Notes under the pieces: generated by a model
What the model was told of the DNA's origin: nothing
The model's input: the letters and a program-made list of their open reading frames with translations, nothing else
The model's database searches: none
NCBI GenBank assembly: GCA_951406725.2
Contig: OX597832.1
Location: forward strand, 16,120,001-16,184,000
DNA from: Octopus vulgaris
Lineage: Eukaryota
Length of the DNA stretch: 64,000 nt
Reading direction: 5' to 3'
Program-made: the position numbers and the translations under genes
In this document: piece by piece, positions 55,667 through 64,000 of the stretch
Numbering within the stretch: position 1 is the stretch's first letter
How the letters are laid out: each line of letters starts with the position of its first letter

Positions 55667-57999
55667 GGACTACTGGCTTCACAGAATATGCACCGCATCA
55701 GAAGATATTACTTGATGAATCTTCTCCTGCTTTGCACATTGTCAGATTAGCTTTCTCTGGATCAGCACTTCTCTCCAGCTTATCAACTTAGATGAATTAA
55801 AGCAGATAACGAGTACTGTGGTCAACGGAATCCAATCACGTGTCAAATGAAAACATTTAAATAACACATATTAGGCCCCACTTTCTCTTTCCGGGACTTC
55901 ATATCCCAAACTTAACTAAAACGAGAGTAGATGTGAAATTAAAACTGCATCGCTTAATATGTACATTTATAAGCTATATAATCTCATTTACTTCCTTTGT
56001 TTACAAACGATAAATTTCCATATGGTGTCATTTGCCAATAACGTATGTTGTATACTTTATAATAGTTGTAGTCCTATGATTTTTCACCAAAAACAACAAT
56101 TACACCGCGTTTGGCTTAATTTTCCTGGAGCAAAAAATATTGGTGCAGTAACACTTCGAAAAGAGATGGAAATTTAAATATGTGTTTTCCCAAATACTTA
56201 ACCTAGAAATGACTTTGCCTTGAAAACTAAAATTTCGTTGCGATTGGGTAACTTTGTTTTGGCTTCCTTTCTATCCTGTAGTTTTCGTATCCGTTAGCGT
56301 TTCTGCTTATCGCCAATAATCAATATTAGTGTATTTATATTGCCTAAACCTTACGAGACCGCTTTTATTTTTAAGTTTGTTTATTGCCTTCCTAACATAA
56401 TTGCATTGACTTAGCGATGTTTCGTTTTTAAACGAAAGATCTAGAAATGTCAATGAGAGTGATGGGAGGACTTTTTAAAAATCAGACACCTCTCTTTGTA
56501 AGAAGTAAGAGGAAATAAAATGTAATCTCTTTTCCTCTGATGTTATTTTCAACTTTATTGGTGTTTTGAAGTAATGGGTGACTCCTACATATATAATAGA
56601 GAAATATTTTTTGTTAGGGCCGAAAATATTTTGATCAGTTTATTCAATCATTGCTTAAAAACAAATGCGTTTTTCTCTAACCGATTTTCGTTCAGTTAGT
56701 ACTGTTTAAATTGTAGAACATATAAAGAACAACGAAAATGTTCCAAAGTCATCAGGTCGCATATGAACGAAGACGTTTCGTAAGCAATTAATATATGTAT
56801 GCACATGTGTATATCTGTGTATGTGTCTATGAATGTTTGTAAGTGTGACATAATACATTTTAAAATATGTACAATTTAAAATAATACCTTTGAATCGTGG
56901 GTTTTCGCTACCACTTCTGAAGGCCTGCATGGCGTGGTTACATTGTTTTCTTCTTTTCACTTGAAAATGGTTTCACCAGTCTTGTCAGAACGTCAGACAT
57001 AATGCTTTGTGATTTTTCTTACGAATTTTATAGGTTCTCGCTTGATTGGCTACTTTCACTGACTATTCATTTCATAAATTCATCATATATTACACAGTGT
57101 AATCTTCTATTGGTTAACTGACTAATTTCAGTCACAATGTGATGCACTGATGTTACTCAAAGGAACTGTATTCTCCAAGCGATTTCTTCAAATAGAAAAC
57201 TCTTTCCATAGCACGTTAACAGCATTATGAAATACAAAACTTTAGACTGGCAACAATTAAATATTACACAAAAAGGAAACAGTAAATGGTTCAGAAACAT
57301 ACATAAAATATTTTCTTTCTGCCTGGAGGCAACGTAAATATTGTATGTAATTTCAGATATAAAACAATAAATATAGAAATGAATAAAACAAATGATTCCA
57401 ACATAATTTAATTTCATCTATTATATGTATAAATCTCCACAAGCTTCGGAGCAAATTTATTTCCTATAACCAAACTATTACAGCCAAAGTAAAAAAGATT
57501 GACAGAGAAATTATTCTGCAAAATATTGAAATGTTTCAAATACATAATATCTTAGAAAACAAAACTGTAGGAAGTTAATTAACGTAATACAATGCCATGC
57601 AGAGTTTTAAATTATATTTCAAGTATGATATCTGCGTGTAAAACGTTTTCATATATCATCTCTTGACTTCTTTCATGTGAAGCAAACTTGATTTTTATCA
57701 CTCAACATAAGACATGGAATCTCGAATTTCTTATCCGTTTCTAGCATTACTTTATGCAAGCATTATAAATAAAAAGAAAATTACACGAAAAATCCGAGAC
57801 AAAATGCCAGACAAAATTGCAGGTATTTTCTTGTGTCATATTACAAAATGTGAACAGCTCCGCAAATCATTCCCATAATTCTGAGCTACAGCAATGCAAT
57901 TAACTTTCCTCCACTAATCACTAACAACCACTATTTTTTGCGCAATTATGTGTGTGTGTGAGCATGAATATATATAGTTTGTATACGTATCATTATATA

Positions 58000-58865
58000 T
58001 ATTGGGTCTTCCCATAAATAATACGACTTTTTTTATTGCATGAAACGAAGGTCGGAGAGGAATGGGAAAAACTCACTGTATCAATTTGCTATGAAAGTAG
58101 GTAAATATATTAACTTGCACTTATTCTTAGTGCATACTTTGAAGAGTGCATATCTATTTTAACAGTTAGTGTTTCAAAGCTTCTTTGTTGTTACGTCAGA
58201 CAAAGGAACCTTTTATGGACGGAATAGTGACTAGTGACGAAAAACGGGTTCTCAATATAATGTCAAGCGCTGGAGCGAGTATGTAGGGAAAGGAGAAACA
58301 ACGCACCTCAGGCTAAAGTGGGTTTTCACCCACTTTGTTATTTGTTTGGTGGGATGTTTAGTCCATTTTGAACATTTAAACTCAAAGTAAACGATAACAA
58401 AGGTGATCTATAGCGTTCAGCTTGGGCGGCATAAGTAGGCGCCATAAGTAAACAATCATGTTTGGTTTCAAGACGAAAAGTTTTATTCCATCAAGATAAT
58501 CCTCGGCCCCATTCAGCGACGATAACATTCCAAAGGCTGGAGCAGTTTCAATGGGAGACGATGCCCCATGCACTATACTTGGTAAAGATTGCCTCATATG
58601 ATCGTTAGCTATTCCGCACCCTTTCAATTCATTTGGACGGAATAAGTAGGAATTTTGCAAACGATATCAGAATAGGACTGCAGGAGAGTTTATAGCCGCG
58701 GAGAAGTGAAGTTTTGCAGAAGGGTCTTGCAAGTCTGCCACATAGACGGGATGACATTGTAGAAGGAGATTATATTTTGGATGCAAATTAGAACATTGTT
58801 TATTTTAATTTTAACAAATTCAGCAAATATTAGAAAACTGCCTTATTTATGAAATTATCTACCAT
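58000..58865 (+). mobile_element. Internally deleted mariner transposon (third lineage)
   Basis: TIR-like ends share cataaataa. Peptides PFMDGIVTSDEKRVL (TGDEKW), LFHQDNPRPHS and WETMPHALY..IASYD. The N-terminal HTH region is missing. Confidence 0.88.
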
Positions 58866-59194
58866 ATATATGTGTTTGTGTGTGTGTGAAAAATTAACGT
58901 GTGCTTGCGTTAAATACATAATATTTTCAGGGCTAAATAAAAAAGACACACAAGTATGTCATATTTTTCGTTTGTTACTTAATCCAGAAATATATATATA
59001 TATATATGTATATGTTTATCTATACAAGAGATGGATTAGATAATATCCGAGCTACATATGTTGTATACCAAGTGGAACCACGGAACTGGTAAATATCCAT
59101 GCTACTCTGGGGCCCAAGTATATCTTAATTAAATGAAAGGCGGTACATGTTAACGCATGGAAGATTTAATCAATAGATAGCCGCTAGGTAGATA

Positions 59195-59196
59195 AG

Positions 59197-59275
<79 letters not shown>

Positions 59276-59282
59276 GTAGATA
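59195..59282. repeat. (GATA)n microsatellite
   Basis: Read directly. Confidence 0.97.
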
Positions 59283-59304
59283 AATATATTCTTCTGTTCT
59301 ATTC

Positions 59305-59485
59305 CTTTATTCTTTTATTTGTATAGACATTTGAACATGCAGGTGCACCACCTTACAGGGTTTTTTAGTTGTCGATATCGTCCTCAGAACTTACTTTTTG
59401 TAAGCCGAGTACTTATACTATCGGTTTCTTATACTATTGCCGAACTGCTATGTTATAGGGACGTAAACACATCAATATTGGATGG
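59305..59485 (-). mobile_element. Degenerate 3' half of SINE family C
   Basis: gtaagccgagtacttatactatcgg...gccgaactgcta...ggggacgtaaacac matches 53250-53310. Confidence 0.7.
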
Positions 59486-62400
59486 CATGTGATAGTCTGT
59501 ATGTCAGAGTGTGTGTGTATATGTGTGCGTGCGTGTGTCTTTTTGTGTGTATGCGTATGTCTGCTTGCCGTCTACTGAGATGCGTTCGTATTTCGAAATA
59601 CTCCCTGAAGTCTTTGAATGAAAGACACGCCTATCAACACAGGTAAGATAAATGCATCCAGATTTCTTCTAACATTCTGTACATTTTATAATAGTAGTAT
59701 TTATTTCTTGTTAAATTAAATATATTATCTATTCTTCTGTGTCAATGTTTTTACTTGTTAATGTATAACATAGGTTGAATGAAATAGTCTTCACTTGTTA
59801 CTTGTGGTTTATATACAAAACAGCTGAAATTAAATTAGAACTGAATCAATATTTCCTACCGAATATTTACGAAATATTACTATTGCCTCCTGACATATGA
59901 ACAGTTTTTCACGTCGCTTTTTGAACTGTTCGGCGTTTCCTTTGTTAGTAAAAGGCAATTCTTCGCAGTGTACTAGTGTTACTTCATAATGTAGTTATAA
60001 TGCAAACCATAGCCGTTTCTTCTTCAAGGAATCGTTCGGAAAATACAATTCTTATAATAAGTGCATGACGATTAGATATTTCCGTTTCATTTATCAATGA
60101 AGCAATTAATTTGATTTGAGTAGATGTCGTCGAACGCAAAAACACAAATTCCGCCAACAAAATATGTATTGTTGTTAATAACAACGACATACAATTTGTT
60201 TATGCAATGCAAACTAAAATTGTATATACGATGTGGTTACGGAAGATAATTCTGTAGACGTGCTGTATGATTTTTAGAAGTGAGTTGGTTTAGATGCATT
60301 TTTGTCATCATCGTAATCCAGTTTTTGAATTTTATTAACATCGCTAGCATTTGTACGGTCTAAAGCGTGTGTCAGTAGACGTAACTAGTAGAGATGCAGT
60401 TTTATTTATGGTCACTTTTTTACAGTTAAAATACTTCATAAAATGACATTGTTGCTAATATCACTTATTACCAAAATGTCGAGTGTTCTGAGTGACTCAT
60501 ACGTAGTCATACTCATGTGCACGTGTGTTGCTGCATTATTTTTCCTGTTTATCATTACTTTTCTATAATCTATACAAGTGTGAACCGTTTCATTCCTAGA
60601 TTAGAGATATGAGTTGCTGACGTTTAATAGCGTGGTCTAACTATTGACATTTTATGTATACTGCTAGCAATAAAAGGGTTTTCTAAGTTTCATTGTGTAT
60701 ATTGCGCATCTACCTATGTTTATTGAAAACGTCTAACTTTATACAATTCAAAAGCTATGCTATATACATGTATTCAGACCTATGCGACTATGGTTCCAAA
60801 AGGAACATGAATTCACTAAAGAAAATAATATTTATGAAGGAAAACACTCCTTTCGTTTTTATTCTTGCTTTACTGGCATCTTCGATACTGGGGGAATCAC
60901 TTTGACTAATTCCTCTCAGTAGAGTAGATTTTGACATCAGTGGGAAGAAGAGTAGAAACTGTCGTGTACTTTTCTTCAGCTGGAGAAAATGTGTTTTGTA
61001 ACGAAAGGAACACGGATTGAAAACGGTAGATACTGACCGAGGTTGATTTCAACTTATATCACAGCAGACGAAAAAGGAGAGAGAAGATGCATGTTGTTTG
61101 GGGATATTGATTATTTTGTCGCATACTGGCGTCTTGAGGGTCTTACTAAAATTTCTTGGTGTGTTGTGAACTTGCATGGTGTATTTTGGCTTGTGCCCAT
61201 ATTTTCTACAATATACTCACAAGCAACATCAAATACCTAACAAAGCAAGACGACATGCATATCATCTTCAAAGAAACTGTAAAACAGACACGCTTTTAAA
61301 TGTTGTAATTTATAATGAAAATTAAACTTGGAACATGTACAATATAAGTGCATATGTATTATACACCATAACCGGGGAGTAGCGATAAGGTGCACCGAAG
61401 ACAATATAAAAACCGACACGCAACGTCTCCATTTGATTCTACATTGATTTCTACGTATCTGTCGCTTCTTCACTGCAGATAGAAGGGTTGTAGTAACGCC
61501 TTCGTTGTACTTTACTTCTGTATGTACGTAGTATTTTATATATACTCATTGTATATACCCTTGTATCTTATATATACTCATCTGTTATATTAGAAGCCCT
61601 GCCATTTAATATCACCTTATTTTCACTGAAGATATTATCCTACCGCCTAACATACATGTATTCCTATTTTACTATTAGAAACTCTATTATACTTTAAGCT
61701 ACATCATAATAATATAATGAAATGTAATATTTATAATTGTGTGCTGCACTAAAATGATTTAAAGAAATCGATATCTATAAGGAACTTCCCATTTAGAGAG
61801 ACTACTATATTAACCAATACAGAGAGCAACAATTCCTTGAAAGATACCGGTTAGTGATCTATGGATATATACAGTGGCTATATCATTCAAACATACGTGA
61901 TACCCCTAAGTCTTAGTCATTGAAAATTATATAATACCTGAATTATGTATCATAACTGAATTTGCAATTGCATCTTCGTATTCTCCAGTAGAAACATACA
62001 CCCATTGCGTAAGGCAATCAACATTCTTCAGCGTATTTGTTGAATACTTAAGCATTAAATGAAGAGCGGCGAATTGGCAGAGTCGTGAGAATGGTGGACA
62101 AAATACCTAAAGTTATCGGATTGTACATCTTGCCGAGGAGAATATTGCAACGTAATAATTGTGACCACAATTCCGTTCATGTACGTAACACAGACGGAAC
62201 TTATACAAACACATACGTAATGTTCGTATGGCCTCCTGATAAATGAGCTACTGTATCTCGCTTGCTGAAATATTTAGTTTCTTCTGTTTGAGGACAAAAA
62301 CCTTATTATTCTCAGTGTACTACTGAAGCTTCATAATATAGTTATAATGGAACACAAAGTAGTTTCTATGAGAAGAAATCGGTCGGCAAATACAGTTCTT

Positions 62401-62930
62401 CTCAAATGTTATCGGCAAACTGCATTGCTATCATCTCTTACACTACAGAAAATTCCATATTTACGATATATGCAGCACTAAAAAAGTGAAAACTAAAACA
62501 AGACAAACACAAATTTAACTCAAATTTTCCACATGTTCAAATGTTGGTGGATTAATTTATGAAACTTGAACTTTGAATATTAGGCGAATTAGTAGGGATG
62601 GATAATTCACTCAAACTTAATTCACGGTAGATTACAGAAATGTATACAATAAATTTTATTAATAAATATTGTTTTTGGTCTGCGGCTTATCTCCCGTCAT
62701 TAGATTCTTTTTTCTTCTATTCCTTAAAATTATTGATATTTTTTTTAGTATCACAGTAAATTTGTATCATGTATATTGTTAGTTTATGACAGATCATACT
62801 TTGAATCACTAGAGTAGTAAGATTATATCTTGCAAATTGTGTCACTGTATTTCTCCTAAAATATAGTCTTTCTCGACATACGCAAGCCGAACAAGCATTA
62901 AATTACCAGAAAATAATATAATCGAGGAAA

Positions 62931-62978
62931 TTCAATAAGAACAGTTCAATAAGAACAGTTCAATAAGAACAGTTCAAT
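62931..62978. repeat. 14-bp tandem repeat (ttcaataagaacag), about 3.4 copies
   Basis: Read directly. Confidence 0.92.
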
Positions 62979-63302
62979 TACAAAACTCGGGGAGAATAGA
63001 GGCAGTGTTACAGCGGTGAGGGCGAGAAGAAAGTCAAAACTAGAATGGTTATGTGTGGGTGAACAACCAAACATATGTATTATCTCCCTCGCGAGAAGAA
63101 GAAAATATGAATTACTTATTTCAAAAGCCATATTTCAAAAGCACCGTATTTCATAACTTGCTCATTGACGTCATGCATACGCATGCTATGTATACAATAA
63201 ATTGGGAAGTTTTGAAAGGGAATGTTATACAAACACTACACATAATGATATCATTAATAAAATGCCTTGATAACCATTAGCAATAATGCTTCAAATACAA
63301 TG

Positions 63303-63800
63303 TGGCGAGCTGGCAGAAACGTTAGCACACCGAGCGAAAGGCTTAGTCGTATTTCGTCTGCCGTTATGTTCTGAGTTCAAATTCCGCCAAGGCCGACTTT
63401 GCCTTTTAACCCTTTCAGGGTCGATTACATAAGTTCCAGTTACGCACTGGGGTCGATGTAATCAACTTAATCCGTTTGTCTGTCCTTGCTTGTTCTCTCT
63501 GTGTTTAGCCCCTTGTGGGTAGTAAGGAAATAGGTATTTCGTATGTCTTTATGTTCTGAGTTCAAATTCTGCCGACGTAGACTTTACTTTTCCTGCTTTC
63601 GGAGTCTATAAATTAAGTACCAGTTACGCGCTAGGGTCGATGTAATCGATTTAATCCCTTTGTCTGTCCTTGATTGTCCCCTCTATGATTAGCTCCATGT
63701 GAGCAATAAAAAAATAACAAACGTTGGGACGCCGGGCGAAATGCTTAGTGGTATTTCGTCTGTCTTTATGTTCCGAGTTCAAATTCCGCCTGTCTTTATG
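63303..63800 (+). mobile_element. Tandem/nested array of three SINE family B units
   Basis: A full unit at 63303-63532, a headless unit from ggtatttcg (63533) to about 63715, and a third partial unit from about 63718. Confidence 0.9.
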
Positions 63801-63804
63801 GTCT

Positions 63805-63930
63805 GTGTTGTTGTTGTTGTTGTTGTTGGTGGTGGTGGTTTTGGTGGTGATGTTGTTGTTGTTGGTGGTGTAGGTGGTGGTGTTGTTATTGCTGTTGTTG
63901 TTGTTGTAATTATTATTATTATTATTATTC
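63805..63930. repeat. (GTT/GGT/ATT)n compound microsatellite
   Basis: Read directly. Confidence 0.95.
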
Positions 63931-64000
63931 AGTAGTTTTATTTTTATAGCGTGCTTTCACTTCACTACCGAGCGCAGCTCTGTGTGCCTTGGGTATGTGC

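Noticed and set aside
59850-61500. Complex sequence with short minus-strand ORFs, one with a hydrophobic N-terminus (59984-60190)
   Set aside because: No recognisable domain, frequent stops and no consistent splice structure; a gene or pseudogene call cannot be supported.
62931-62978. Short direct repeats resembling a CRISPR array
   Set aside because: Head-to-tail 14-mers with no spacers, in eukaryotic context.

Overview
AT-rich, microsatellite-dense, non-coding animal DNA. The repeat content strongly suggests an octopus or other coleoid cephalopod (inference from remembered family sequences, not a database hit). No intact host gene, rRNA, true tRNA gene or CRISPR array is supported, and nearly all supplied ORFs are translations of simple repeats. 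The window holds at least four tRNA-derived SINE families, four decayed mariner transposons, a LINE AP-endonuclease fragment and several Penelope-like element (PLE) remnants. The main discovery is a set of minimal type-I hammerhead ribozyme (HHR) motifs in four unrelated repeat families. One family, present in two copies, has a swapped G3-C8 core (GUGAACA). Another places a tRNA-like Pol III head upstream of an HHR tail, with an inverted copy of that tail in front. Together these suggest a PLE-associated, self-cleaving non-autonomous retroelement system. All folds and alignments were done by eye.
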